Below, piece after piece: positions 26,880-40,700 of a stretch of 64,000 nt of DNA. The notes under the pieces are model-generated. The model was not told where the DNA came from. It was given only the letters and a program-made list of their open reading frames with translations, and did not search any database. The position numbers were made by a program, and so were the translations under genes. The DNA comes from Octopus sinensis (lineage: Eukaryota): positions 30,132,001 to 30,196,000 of the forward strand of contig NC_042998.1 of assembly GCF_006345805.1 (NCBI RefSeq). The letters are read 5' to 3'. Positions within the stretch are counted from its first letter, which is position 1. The number at the start of each line of letters is the position of its first letter.

Positions 26880-27030
26880 AACGTAAGTGTGTTTGTACAG
26901 AGAGAGTTTACGAAGAAAACAAAAGACGAAGACAGGTGGTGTACAAAACAAACAGATGTATGAGTATAACGCTCAGGAATAAAAAAAATTCTTTTACGTT
27001 TCGAGCCTACGCTCTTCCACAGAAAGGAAC
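26880..27030 (-). mobile_element. Penelope-like terminal repeat, inverted relative of 22165-22300, variant hammerhead 26992-27025
   Basis: Minus strand TTT-CTGTGGAA-GAGC gtag GCTC-GAAA-CGTA-AAA followed by the same downstream sequence. Confidence 0.65.
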
Positions 27031-28571
27031 CCAGAAAGAAACAAGGAGAGAAATAAGGAGAGAAAAAAAAACAAGGAGAGAAAAAATATGGAGAGTTTGT
27101 ATAGATAGATAGATTTGGCAGACAGGAGAAAAATTCTTGATACCTCCAGCGCGGAAACCACTTCATCACGTGGTTTCGACCCTCCCTAGTCTTGTTGATG
27201 ATGGACGTTCCATCACTAAAAATAGAAGCGATTTATCCTCCCGCCAGGGATATATAGAATAACAGTGCCAGAACTGATGTGGTGATTAAGCAATGAGCTT
27301 GCTAGAAATATATATATTAGCAACAGAGGCAGTTTTAATACCGAGAAGTAATATATATTCCCATTTAAATGTGGAGGTTTTACTACAACAAACTTTACTG
27401 TGATAGCTATCATGACAGGAACTTTCATATTGGCTCAGCAAAGTGTGTTTCTAGTGACACCTTGTTCAGTAAACTGCTATATAGTTTTATCCGAATAATT
27501 CAATAAATATCTGTGAAAGGACACGTTTTTACTATATCCAAGCACATCCGTTTGAAGAAAATACATTTCCATAAAAAGATATGCATTTTGAGAATATAAC
27601 TTATTTCTGAATACTACTAAATAAATGTCTTGTTTCAGTTCTCGTTTGTTGGTTTTGAATTTTATTTATATCCCTTGTTTATCTGCTGAAGGATATTTAT
27701 TGATTTTCTTTTCGAAAGACTGAATATATATAAATTATAGTCAAACTGTACAAACCGTGTTACTTTTGCATATCAGCACAAGTCAGCAATGGCATAGAGG
27801 CTTTGGTAGTTTAGGTGTAATTGGATCTCAACACATTCCTGACTCTCTCTATCAACCTGTAAAAAATAAAATCGAAATGTGGCTTTTCATATTTCGAACT
27901 CAGATTATATAATGGGTCGCATAATAATAACATTTATATTCTTTTATATGAAACGGGAATGGAAACGATCGCTAATATCATTTTTGATAGTTGACTGGTA
28001 CTTTATTTTGTCAACACTTCTAGGAGTGAAGCAGAGAGGCCAGAGACCTGATGCAAACTGGTAACATTTAATTTTGTTCATCACCAAACATTGTCACTTG
28101 ATACTAACACACGGACCTAGCGGGAAACGTACAAAAATTTCTAAGACTAGTCATGTGACTTATACTCTAACAATCAAATCCTATTCAAAACATGCTAATT
28201 TGAGCCATGAACTCTGCATAAAAATAGGGCAAGCGTTAAACACTAGTCTGAAGCAAGACAGCTGCGACATGAGCCATGTCGTTCTATTTAGACTTTTTGA
28301 AAATCAGTGTAAAGTGTGAAACCGGTTAGATGTTTAGATATAATAATAAAATAATATTTTCACTATTCTCAGTGCATTTTTCCTATATTTCTAAACGTGT
28401 AGAATATATATATATATATATATTCATAAATAAGGGTGAAAAATTAGATAATAATTTAATAATACCGTCAGTTTAACAGCAAGTGGCCTAGCACATAGAA
28501 ACCAGGGAGACAGTGAAAATTTATATATAAATATATCGTTAACTCTCTTATATATATGTTATATATATATA

Positions 28572-28613
<42 letters not shown>

Positions 28614-28635
28614 TATATATACATTATATTTATAT

Positions 28636-28950
28636 AGGACCACTCCGTTGGTTACGACGACGATCGTCACAGCTTATACGCTCAACGGAACAGCTTGCTC
28701 GTGAAATTAACCTGTAAGTGGCTGAGCACTCCACAGACAGGTGTATCCTTAACGTAGTTCTCAGAGAGATTCAGCGTGACACAGAGTGTGACAAGGCTGG
28801 CCCTTTAAAATACAGATACTACTCAATTTTTCCAGCTGAGTGGACTGGAGCAATGGGAAATAAAGTGTCTTGCTCAAGGACACCAGTGCGTCGACGGGAA
28901 TTGAACTCACGACCTTACGATCGTGAGCAGAATGCGCTAACCATGCGCTA
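28636..28950 (-). mobile_element. SINE type D (tRNA head, CORE-like GTCCTTGAGCAAGACACTTT, shared tail)
   Basis: Minus strand GGTTAGCGCATTCTG...GAGTTCAATTCCC head; tail shared with 58312-58665. Confidence 0.85.
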
Positions 28951-28967
28951 TCCATATATATATATAT

Positions 28968-29004
<37 letters not shown>

Positions 29005-29006
29005 AA

Positions 29007-29236
29007 GGCGGCGAGCTGGCAGAAACGTTAGCGCGCCGGGCGAAATGCGTAGCCTTATTTTGTCTGCCGTTACGTTCTGAGTTCAAATTCCCCCGAGGTC
29101 GACTTTGCCTTTCATCCTTTCGGGGTCGATAAATTAAGTACCAGTTACGCACTGGGGTCGATGTAATCGACTTAATCCCTTTGTCTGTCCTTGTTTGTCC
29201 ACTCTATGTTTAGCCCCTTGTGGGTAGTAAAGAAAT
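29007..29236 (+). mobile_element. SINE type B, full length and young
   Basis: Complete consensus GGCGGCGAGCTGGCAGAAACG...GTAGTAAAGAAATA. Confidence 0.95.
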
Positions 29237-30619
29237 ATATATATATATATATATATGGATGGATGGATGGAGGGAGGGAGGGACGTACGTATACACATGT
29301 ACACACACGCATAAATATGCGTATGTACATACATGCATATATTAGGGGTACCATAATATAACGTTGCCTTTCATGTACTGCTGGCATTGTGCCAAACTTC
29401 AAAACTAATAATATATATGTGTCGTTGTGTGGTGGGTTTACATTATTAATATATAAGGCGTTTTTGCTTCTGAGACAGCTTACCTTCTTTCTTCTCTTTT
29501 GGCCTACTTGTCTCCCCTTCCCCCTATACCTGGATTGCTTCTTCTTCAGTTAATTCACATCTGTAAATACACACCCCTTTTCTTGCTAGTGTTGCTTACC
29601 TGCTGACAGTTAAGCTCATTGGTAATCTGACTTCGCTTTATACATCTGTACACATATATTGATATATATATGGTACACGATAGGTATTTAGATCTGTGGT
29701 AGTGCATGAGTATCTATGTATGTTTGTGTGTGTGTATATGTCTGTGCATGTTTGTGTCTGTTTTTCTTGTGTGTGTTTGTACTGCTAGGAGTGTGCAATA
29801 TCTCTACGTATTTGCTGTTGTTACACATTTATATTCGGAAAGTGGCAGAGATGAAATTAAGGGAAATACCATATAAAGTTATATTAAAACTTTTTTTATT
29901 AATGAATCACTTCTCACCTGAATTTTTAACTCTTATTTTTCGAATTTAATTACATAAAAATTCAAATTTTAGACAATCATTTTCATGTGATTGGTTATAT
30001 TCAGAATTATATAAATAGAGTTGATTGTAACAGGAACGAAAAAAATCTCCCTCCAAATAAAAGACATATGGATTTTCCATATCTCTGTTATATAATCGAT
30101 TTTTTTAAAGATATAGAATGAATACAAAATATACGTAACGATAAATGTTTAAATACATCTTTTTCTTTCAGTGACGATAAGAAGCAATATATATTACAAG
30201 ATTATCATGAAAAATTTCAAAGGTGACTTGTTCTTAATTATAAAGGGAATGGATCCGACTGCATTCACTCTTCAGTTATTGGCAAGCAATTTCTCACTAT
30301 TGTAAACATCTCCTATGATGTACACGGAAATCTTAACTCCATTTTCTTGTTGCAAAAAATGTAACCGTTTATTCGAAGAGCGATAAATATTAATATGAGC
30401 ATAGTTGAGAAAAACAGTACAACACTTCAATGCAATATGGGTGAAACATATGTTCTTTGAACGATGGCAAATTTCTAAAAAATAAAGTAAAAATTTCACG
30501 TATTAAAATTATTGCATTGTTACAACGAACCAGAAAGTGTTGCTCTACATATCGCTGGACAGACTAGAAATAGTAACCAAATGCCTTTAAAAAAACCTGC
30601 CCTCATTACAAAACGGAAT

Positions 30620-30845
30620 GTATAAGGTGGTCGGAAAGTCTTGTCACCACCTGTAAATATTGTTTTAATTTTCTATTATCAAAGAGAGGTTTTCACAAGA
30701 ACGATACCAGAATATTCAACAGTTGAAGGACGCTGTTTTGGCAGCTTTGCAACAACCACCAAATCACAGCTTCGTAAAATATCACACCGGAGGATGCCAC
30801 CGCATCAATCTGTGACACGAAACTGATGGTGTTTATACAAACCTT
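30620..30845 (+). mobile_element. Tc1/mariner-type remnant
   Basis: TA-TAAGGTGGTCGGAAAG TIR-like start; NIQQLKDAVLAAL...RINL*HETDG resembles a transposase C-terminus. Confidence 0.35.
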
Positions 30846-31192
30846 ATCGACGTGTGAGTGTCAGCGTCCATGAAAGTGAATATACTAAAACCGGTTAAAT
30901 GTATTTGATATTATTATGTTGTTCCTCTATTGTTCTTATTACTTTTCGGTAGAGTGTGACTAGGCTTTCGGATGACCCTATATATTCTCGAATGTAGATT
31001 TTGATACATTGCAAGACGAGTTAGATACCCTATTATCTTTTATCATTGGTCCCCTGAATGAGGTTAGATGCGGTGCAAGAGCAGAGCTATATCTATATGC
31101 TAATCACGTTTTAATAAATTCCATAACACACACAGACGCACGCGCGCACACACATGCATGCCTGTATGTATATATATATATATATATATATA

Positions 31193-31511
31193 TAACTAAA
31201 AATAAGGGTGTCTGAGAGACACCACCATGCTGAAATAGCAGTCAAATCCCTGATTCTTAAATGTTCATATCGCACCATGAGATAAGACAAAGTAGACTAG
31301 CAAAAAAATATTACTAGTCTACTTTGTCCTTCTGTCTTATCTCATGGTGCAACATGAACATTTAAGGTGGTTTTTAGAGTCAGGGATTTGACTGCTATTT
31401 CGGCATGGTGGTGTCTCTCAGACACCTTATTTTTAGTTGTAAAAAATTATTACCTTTGTATGGTATTTTTTTCCCATGCTGGCCACTTGATAATATCGAT
31501 ATTATCCTTAT

Positions 31512-31557
<46 letters not shown>

Positions 31558-31880
31558 ATATAACTAAAAATAAGGGTGTCTGAGAGACACCACCATGCTG
31601 AAATAGCAGTCAAATCCCTGATTCTTAAATGTTCATATCGCACCATGAGATAAGACAAAGTAGACTAGCAAAAAAATATTACTAGTCTACTTTGTCCTTC
31701 TGTCTTATCTCATGGTGCAACATGAACATTTAAGGTGGTTTTTAGAGTCAGGGATTTGACTGCTATTTCGGCATGGTGGTGTCTCTCAGACACCTTATTT
31801 TTAGTTGTAAAAAATTATTACCTTTGTATGGTATTTTTTTCCCATGCTGGCCACTTGATAATATCGATATTATCCTTATT

Positions 31881-31885
<5 letters not shown>
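31193..31885. repeat. 368-bp tandem duplication of a foldback element (arms about 108/128 bp) separated by (TA)n
   Basis: Units start at 31193 and 31561; the left arm pairs with 31314-31441 around a 13-nt loop. Confidence 0.92.
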
Positions 31886-31932
<47 letters not shown>

Positions 31933-33039
31933 TATATGAATGTATGTATATATGTATGTATATATGTGTGTATGTATGTATATATAAATTTGATTGATGA
32001 GTGAGACAGAAGACTGAAGATGGAATCGTTATTGTTCTCTATTGTACAAAACTATTTCGGTCCAGGAAGAATAGCACGAAGTAGTAAAGAACTGGGGGGT
32101 GGGGGGCTGGAGGCATAGGAAACAATTCTTTAGACTGTTTAAGAACTTCGGGCTCAACAACACTATAGAAAAATCTACGGTTATCCACACTAGTTATCCT
32201 AACCGTGGCATTGATGCTTTCTACAGTCTATCGGTTATTTCATTAGTCATTCAAAAATACACATCAACTATGTCAGTATTTATGACTGTACAACTGCTAT
32301 AAGCATACAAGCCAGATCCAGTGAACTGCACAACAGAATTTGTGATACCTCACCCAGTGGAGTCGTATCACTAGCCAGTAATAAGCAATGGCTTTATCAA
32401 TATCTACTTAATTCTGTGTGCGAGCGTATATGCACCAAGCCACGCATCTATGTATGCTTATAAGTGTGTATGTATGCCAGGCCACCTATGTGTGGGCGTT
32501 TTGTGCATCCATATTCAGTCATATCGAATAATTTTTCCGCCGTATTATGTAATTCTTTCTTTTCGTATCTGATATTTGTTATGGATCTTCTATAAAGAAT
32601 GAAACTGTATCCCTTAATTTGCCATTTCTATTTACGAAGACCAAAAAGAAATCTCGCCAAAGTTTATTTTAATGAGATGCCTCTAGAAATCACCTGCGGA
32701 GACACCGAAGGAAACACCTGAACCAGATGTTCAGAATCCCACATGCGATGGATCGATGCTAGGTGGGTGGAAACAATTGTAGCAATCAATAAACTTTCTC
32801 GTACCTTCCATATTCCGTGAATCTCATTTGTCCAACGAACGCTGAGGCAGTGAACGTGCTTTACCAACAAACTACAAGATGTATAACATACGATTTATTA
32901 ACTAATAACACGTGTGTATGTATAAGTAAAAGGATAAAAGAATATATATATATATATATATTATATGTTGGTATATATGTATATACACGTATGTGTGTCT
33001 GTATATACTCACACACACACACACACATATACACACAAA

Positions 33040-33470
33040 TAGGAGCAGTCGTGGTTGTGTGGTAGGAAGTTTACTTCCAAGTCACATGGTTCCGCGTTCA
33101 AGTCCACAGCGTGGCACCTTGTGCAACTGTCTCTTTCTATAGTCTCGGGCTGACCAAAGACTTGTGAGTGGATTTGCTAGACGGAAACTGAAAGAAACCC
33201 GCCGTATGCCTGTATACATTTCCATATGTGTGTGTGTATGTGTTTGTATTTATGCCAGTGTTTATCCCAACACAACCACTTGAGACGCGGTGCTGATGTG
33301 TTAACATTTCCGTAGATTAGCGGTTCGGCGAAAGATACTGATAGATAAGTTACCAGACTTTAAAAAAAAACAAATAAATACTGGGGTCGATACATTCGAC
33401 TAAAATTTCTTCAAGGTGATGCCCCAGTATGACCGCAGTTTAATGGCTCAAACACCTAAGAAGCAAGATA
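33040..33470 (+). mobile_element. SINE type A, diverged
   Basis: GTGGTTGTGTGGTAGG head, GTGAGTGGATTTGCTAGACGGAAACTGAAAG body. Confidence 0.85.
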
Positions 33471-34647
33471 AAAACATTTACCAATGTATAAAGACCGCAA
33501 AACATATGAACCCATGAACTTTTATGCGTATTCTAGTAACAGATACATTTATGTTACTACGATATATAATTGTGCAGATATATAACATGTAAAATTAAAC
33601 AAAAATCATCAGGAAATCCCATTTGCTGGAAATAATATATACACACACACATATTTATATATATATGCATACATACTATTTATACTTTTAATTTTAAAAA
33701 GGTAAGATACAAAGAAGCTTTTCTGTTCTAATTTTGTTGTAAGCTCTTTGTTTATCGACATAACATTTACTATTTTAGAACTTGTTCGCTGGTTGTTATA
33801 ACAGCATTTCAAGCGAGATAATTCTCTGCCAATTCCACCGGATAAAGTTTACAAGCAATCTACCCATTCAGAAACATTCTAAAAATGTTAACGGCGTGCA
33901 TAAGAGAATGAGTATCTTATTTATATACTGACAGAAAGAAAAAATAAAACATCAACTAATGCAGTAAGATCGTAAATGATCACACAGAAAGATAAAGCAA
34001 ATGAATTCCTCTTAAGTTAACACATAAATACAGAAGGGGAAAAAAACTGCAACACGAAACTTCATCTGCCTCGACACGGTGTATCCAAAAAAGAAAAGAC
34101 AGCGAAGAGTAACCAAAAACTCAGTCATTAATCAAAAGACACTAAGATCGTAAACGAACATGGCATCAATAAATATCGCATTTTACGTAATAAAACCGTG
34201 CAAATTAAACGCGTCAAATATGTTGTAACTTGTGTGTAGAGTAACGTTCCTATAATTACTCATAGAAAAACACGTTGTAAACTCCAAAGTAGACACCAGA
34301 TACAACTGCAAAATCCTAAGCAACTGCTAGAATTACAGTCGATGTCGGTATAGGATGTCAAGTTAGAGAAAAATACGTCAAACATACCAATAAAATTAGA
34401 GAGGTTTCAGAAGTTGTTAACCGAAGCGTGCTATGAGCTTCTGAATTTAACAGCTTCAAATACGCACCAAATGATCCGTCGTGTAATTTGCCATTTCAAT
34501 ACACAAACAAAACAACGTTTATAACATTTGTCAGTAGACATGATGTTTCGACAAAAGACTGCATTTGGCTACTTTACAATGGGATTTTGATTCTTGCTTC
34601 CTCTCTGTATTTTACACTCAATCACTCACATACACACACAGAAATGT

Positions 34648-34650
<3 letters not shown>

Positions 34651-34707
<57 letters not shown>

Positions 34708-34909
34708 TTATATATATATGTATATATATATATATATATATAATGTATATATATATCTGTATATATGTATCTATCTATTTATATATGTATATATATATAT
34801 GTATATTTATATATATGTATATATATATGTATATTTATATATATGTATATATATATATATGTATATTTATAGATATGTATATATATATATATGTATATTT
34901 ATAGATATG

Positions 34910-34940
<31 letters not shown>

Positions 34941-34966
34941 GTATATATATATATGTATATTTATAG

Positions 34967-35009
<43 letters not shown>

Positions 35010-35115
35010 TATATTTATATATATGTATATATATATATATATATGCATATATTTATATATATGTATATATATATATATATGCATATATTTATATATATGT
35101 ATATATATATATATG

Positions 35116-35152
<37 letters not shown>
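34651..35152. repeat. Compound (TA)n microsatellite
   Basis: Seen directly. Confidence 0.95.
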
Positions 35153-35154
<2 letters not shown>

Positions 35155-35639
35155 AATACACGCACATAGACACACAGGTATAGACGCACATTTGTACAGA
35201 GAAAGATAAGTTATACGATAATGGACTTTCTGAAATTCACAAACACAATACACAGACACAAACACACATGAGTATGGACATGCGTTTGTTTTGGAACTAA
35301 CAGGATTCACGCACGCATACATATCTATTTGTATATGTATGTATAACTTTCAACGTATGCTAATCCTAAGTAAGCACTCAATGTGGCCAGTTTTACAGGA
35401 AACCTCTTTAGAAATATTTTCTTTTAATTTTCCCCTTCATCTACAACTAAAGAGATAGTATTGTACAAGATTAGTTGAAATCCTTTCGCCACACATATTG
35501 TGACTTATTCAACGACTTCTTGTCGCACGTGTCTCCTCTGGTCCTGGCTATTCCATTTTTAGGTAGGACAAGAGGAAACGCGTGAGACGGAAAGTTGTAG
35601 ATGAAGTCGCAGGATGTGATGGAATAACTTTAACAAATA

Positions 35640-36129
35640 CTGTAAATCCTCGAGTATAATCCGCATTTTTTCCCAAACTTTAAAGGTCAAAATCCCTAGT
35701 GCGTACTATATACGAGGTTAAAAATGAAAATTATTTTCTAAACAATGTCTGAGTCTCAATTTACTGTCCGGCTATGTTTATTCAGACGCATTTTATGAAA
35801 ATACGAAAATACCTTAAGCTAACCCTGAAAGCAATGAAGTCATAAAGGAATCATTCATAACTTGCAATAAGCAACATTTATTAAATGTTATTATTGTTAT
35901 TTCTTTATTTTCTGCAAACAAATGACACAGAAAAGGTACACGTTTGCATTATGTTATATATACAATAATAATAAAGGATGTTACCGTATACATTTTTACA
36001 TACCAAGGACGTTATATAGACCGCTTTGACTCAAGTTAGAGAAGGAGTGCGTATTGTACACATGGTTTAGGTTTTTTAAACGTACAGCCCCCTAAACATT
36101 CCCTGCGTATTATACTCGAGGATTTATGG
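35640..36129. mobile_element. pogo/Tigger-like MITE
   Basis: TIRs CTGTAAATCCTCGAGTATAATCCGCA / TGCGTATTATACTCGAGGATTTATGG with TA on both sides. Confidence 0.88.
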
Positions 36130-36692
36130 TAAACGAAATGTAATAATAATAATGTTTTACTAGATCCACAGTGGGAATTGTTTTTTGTACACGCGCTCAC
36201 TAATCAACATGGAATGTTTTTTATAATTTCCAGCTCTTACAATATAGCAAAACTTTTACCCAAAATTTTACCCAAAATTTTAACCTTCCTCTTTCGGCTT
36301 GGAACATACATATCATTGCCCAACCGTTATTCACATTCTGCGTACGTCTGTGTGTGCGCGCGCGTGTGTTTGTGTGTATGTAGTGATTCATTAGTTATAA
36401 GATTGATTAGAATCGAAACACATTACCATTTACGACGTCAGAACTACCTACTTACAATAATATAAGGTACACATTGAGGTAAAGCAAACCCGGATTCATA
36501 CGGATACTTATGTCTTTATAGACATGTATGCTTGTGTGTCTACATTTGTTTCAGTGTGGTGTGTATGTATATTAATATGTATAAATGTATTCAATTGTGT
36601 GAGTGCCGTTGTGTATTTTTAGTACATTAATGTTCCTGTCTATGTGATTCTATGTAGTGCGAGTAATTCTCTTCTTTTCTTACTACAATTCA

Positions 36693-36751
<59 letters not shown>

Positions 36752-36885
36752 ATAGTAATGCAATACGAGAGTATTGCTTTCCAGTAAAGGATAGCCCGTG
36801 AGGGTAAAATTATACATAAAAGTAAGTATTTATTACTTTCGCTATTTTCCAGTGAATATCGGTACTTCGTTGTGCCATTTATTTA

Positions 36886-36937
<52 letters not shown>

Positions 36938-36940
<3 letters not shown>

Positions 36941-37275
36941 TTTTATTCTTTTACTTGTTTCTCTCATTTGACTGCGACTATGCTGGAGCAACGCCTTTAG
37001 TCGAACAAATTGATTCCAGGACTTATTCTTTGTAAGCCGGGCACATATTCTATCTGTTATCAAGTGCCAGTAGGTAAGACAAACACAGATACACAAATAT
37101 ATACATATATACGGCGGGCTTCTTTCGGTTTCTATCATTCAAATCCGCTCACAAGGTTTGATAGCCCCAAGGCTTTGGTTAGAGATATTTGTCCAAGATG
37201 CAATGCAGTTGAACTACTGAAACCGTTACCCATGTGGTTGGGGAGGGACATCTCACCACACTGGCACGCATGCGT
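36938..37275 (-). mobile_element. SINE type A, diverged
   Basis: Reverse-strand tail CTTGTTTCTCTCATTTGACTGCG and head remnants. Confidence 0.8.
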
Positions 37276-38499
37276 CTGTATACATACATAGATATATACA
37301 CTACTCACATACCTATGTGTGTTATCGAGTGCGCCTTTGTGTGTGTGCGCTTGTATGCGTGCGTCTGTGTGTGCGAGCGCGCGTGTATGTGTGTGTGCGT
37401 GCGTGTGTCTATTCCAAAATATTTCTCCTGCTCAGCAATATCTCGTTTAAAAATAAGTTTTGAAGCAATAAAATTTAAAATGTAATCACAAATTGCGCAT
37501 AAAAATTACTAACATGATATTTGCATTAGAATTTCAATTATGACAATTCAATTCGGCAATGTGTGTGGAGGTGTTTCTTCACCCATACAAATTCTCAGGT
37601 AGTTTGCATTGTCATGAGTCTGCGTGTGTGTGTGCGTGTGTGTGTGCGTGTGTGTGTGTGTGTATTGTATTGTTCATATTCTGTCTGTTAGTCTTGAAAG
37701 TCATACATTAATACATCCTTTCATTCATGCTAATTTCATTTCGAGTTAGATCTAGCGTATTTTAACAGCACATTGCTAATGAAAATTACCACCCAGCATA
37801 TAGCTGGGTATCTACTTCATTTTAAAATAAATTAGCATGTTCTGGCTACATTTCTCCTATTTGTAGATTTGAAATTATCCTTAGTCGATTCGTGCAGAAA
37901 TTACTCACAAATGTAGAACTAATTTCATTTGGCATTTTCGGAATATCCATAGCAATTGTTACAGTTGAGGTGAATATGATGACTAGTTGGATTCCTGCAG
38001 TCTACTCTGATAATACAGAACATAAAACACATTAGCCTTTAAGTCGTGTTTTATCCCGGCTAGACTAAAACTGAATCAAATTGCTGTTTACGGTGTTATT
38101 AAATAAAATTGAGATGTTAGCTCATAAGCAGTTTATTTTTGGATGATCGTTATAGAATATCGCTATTTTCTTCTTGAAAATGTCTGTATTGTATTTTATT
38201 GCCATAATAATAATAATTCTTTATAATGTATTTCTTATAAAAATGTTTATAGTTAATATCAAAATGTTTCACTATATCTAGCTATAGATTACAGCCTATT
38301 TATGTAAATTATTTTTAATTTGTCAACTATACGGCGACAATTTCCATTGCGTTTAGAAAGATACTGAAAACAATAAATTCAGACACCGAATAACATGGTC
38401 AGGAAAGATGGATCAGCCTTTAGAAATATATTTTTCAAATTATTGTATGGATCAATCAACTGTAGCATCGATTTTAATATATAAAAGAAATCTTGCGAT

Positions 38500-39520
38500 C
38501 TATAACGATACATTTTAAAGAACAGGTCACACCTGTCCGTCGCATAAAAAAAGAATTCCTGAAATTAGACTTGCGATCAAACGCAACGATTTTGTGTTCG
38601 CTTGATGCAGGTTGGTTAATGGTTCTAAAACGTTAACTTTATGAGGCTTAAAGACAACAAAGAAAGCGATTGTAAAGAAAACTTTGCTGTAAACAATGCC
38701 TGGTTTTATTGCTATTAAAACCAAAACAAGAAGGTTGGCATAATGAAAACATGCAAGTAGAAGCCACAAGTTCTAATAGATTTGATTCCGAAAAAATTTC
38801 AAGATATAGAAGAGGACTTTGGCTACATAACACAATAAATCACTTTACTGTAGACTTAACGAGCTTTTTTTAGAAAGAACTGGCCAGGAAGAAGATATTA
38901 CGAGGAGAAAATCTTCGATTCTAGGCTTTAAAATTGCTAAAGCTCGATATATCATTGTTGCTGGGGATTAATTCAGCTAACGACTATAAGTCACGTGCCA
39001 TAGTCGAGCATCGGGGGTTAAACCCCCACATAATAGTCACGTGAAGCATATACTTTCAGTTATATGGAAAGCAAATAGTTAGTTTACTGCTTCACTTTTT
39101 AAATACAGTCACTTTTTACCTGAATTTAAAATATATTCAGGAGAGAAAATTATTCCATAAGACGCTTCTTATCGGGGATAATGCATCTTGTCATTCGCAA
39201 TCCCTAAAACATCGCCTATCAAATTTTAGGTTAATATTTATGTCGACAAATGCCATTTCTCATTTGCCGCTAATAGATTAAGCTTCTATTCCAACATTTG
39301 AAAATGGATTATCTCCGTCATACAGTTGAACATTTCATAAATGCTATTGATAAGGAAAGAGCTTCAAGATGTGAAATATTTTGGAAAATTTTTCAGTTTT
39401 CTGGAAATAGTAAAATTATAAAAGGAGCCTGGAACAAATATACGGTTAAAACCGAGAAACACTTCCAAAATTATCTGCATCAATTTATTGACAATTTTTA
39501 ATGATTTGAAAAGCCATTAG
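38500..39520 (+). mobile_element. Degraded pogo/Tigger transposase (CENP-B HTH plus DDE_1)
   Basis: Ordered motifs: ENFAVNNAWF, DIEEDFGY..FTVD, GFKIAKAR-SLLLGINSANDYK, LLIGDNASCH, PTFKMDYLRHT, FWK, GAWN. Confidence 0.8.
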
Positions 39521-40439
39521 AAATTTTTTAAGAATGAAACAGAACTGAATGGTGACAATATCAATCAGTTACACCTCGATGTTTTCACGAATGGCATAAA
39601 ATGTTTTTCAATCAGCCGACCAAGAGGTCAATAAAATACAAACAAAAAATATTACAAAAAAATATGTTAAAACGTAAATTCCTTTAAAATTTTTTTACTG
39701 TTTATATGTCGAGGAATTTCCACATTTCACAAAACTTATACAGAGTTTGGAGATTAATTATTGAAATTCCAATTGATTAGTGATAGTGACGTTCTAAATC
39801 TATCTTGCGACTGGTATCAAGATTTTTATTAAGAAAACTCTGTCTTGGAGACAGCGTACACTTCATGGATATATAAAAAAAACTCCCTGCAGTGTACCTA
39901 ATATGAGAGACAAAGCCACACCAAATGGGGATTCATCTTAAAAGAGTCGCCAAGAAATATCGATTGGTAAACAAAATGAATAAATGGGATTGTATATATT
40001 ATTAATACGCGCGTACCTGTGTACACTTGCGTCATAAATTAATTAGCACTTCTCAAATTTCTACATTAAATAGGTTAAATCAATTAACCTATGAGCTGTT
40101 CAAAACGTCTTACGCGATGAGAAAACTTAGTATGGTGTGATTTCGGTCCTTGCGAGGCGCTACCTATATCTATTAAACAAAGGAAGATTTGTCTGCATCC
40201 GCACTCCAAGTTGTTGTTGCACTATGTCAACATCATAAGGCTGTAGACTCTCAAACTGCTCTGCAAACAAAGTTACGTCATCGTTCTGCGCAACAGTGAA
40301 CTTGCAACAAAGCAATAGTTCGAGATATGGCCACTAGGTGACAGCACATACCTTGAGTGAAGAGCAAATCAAGGGTGCTAATTAATTTCTGACGGTAGTG
40401 TATGTGGTTTGTCTGTTTGAGCGCGTTTGTCGATAGATA

Positions 40440-40700
<261 letters not shown>

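Noticed and set aside
27764-27856. 93-nt minus-strand segment with a strong acceptor and a GTAAC donor
   Set aside because: Stops in all three frames and no partner exons identified.
27879-28319. About 147 codons in one frame with a single stop
   Set aside because: No recognisable domain or splice context; compatible with chance.
38527-38769. Hydrophobic 80-aa minus-strand ORF resembling a membrane protein
   Set aside because: It is the antisense of the degraded pogo/Tigger transposase.
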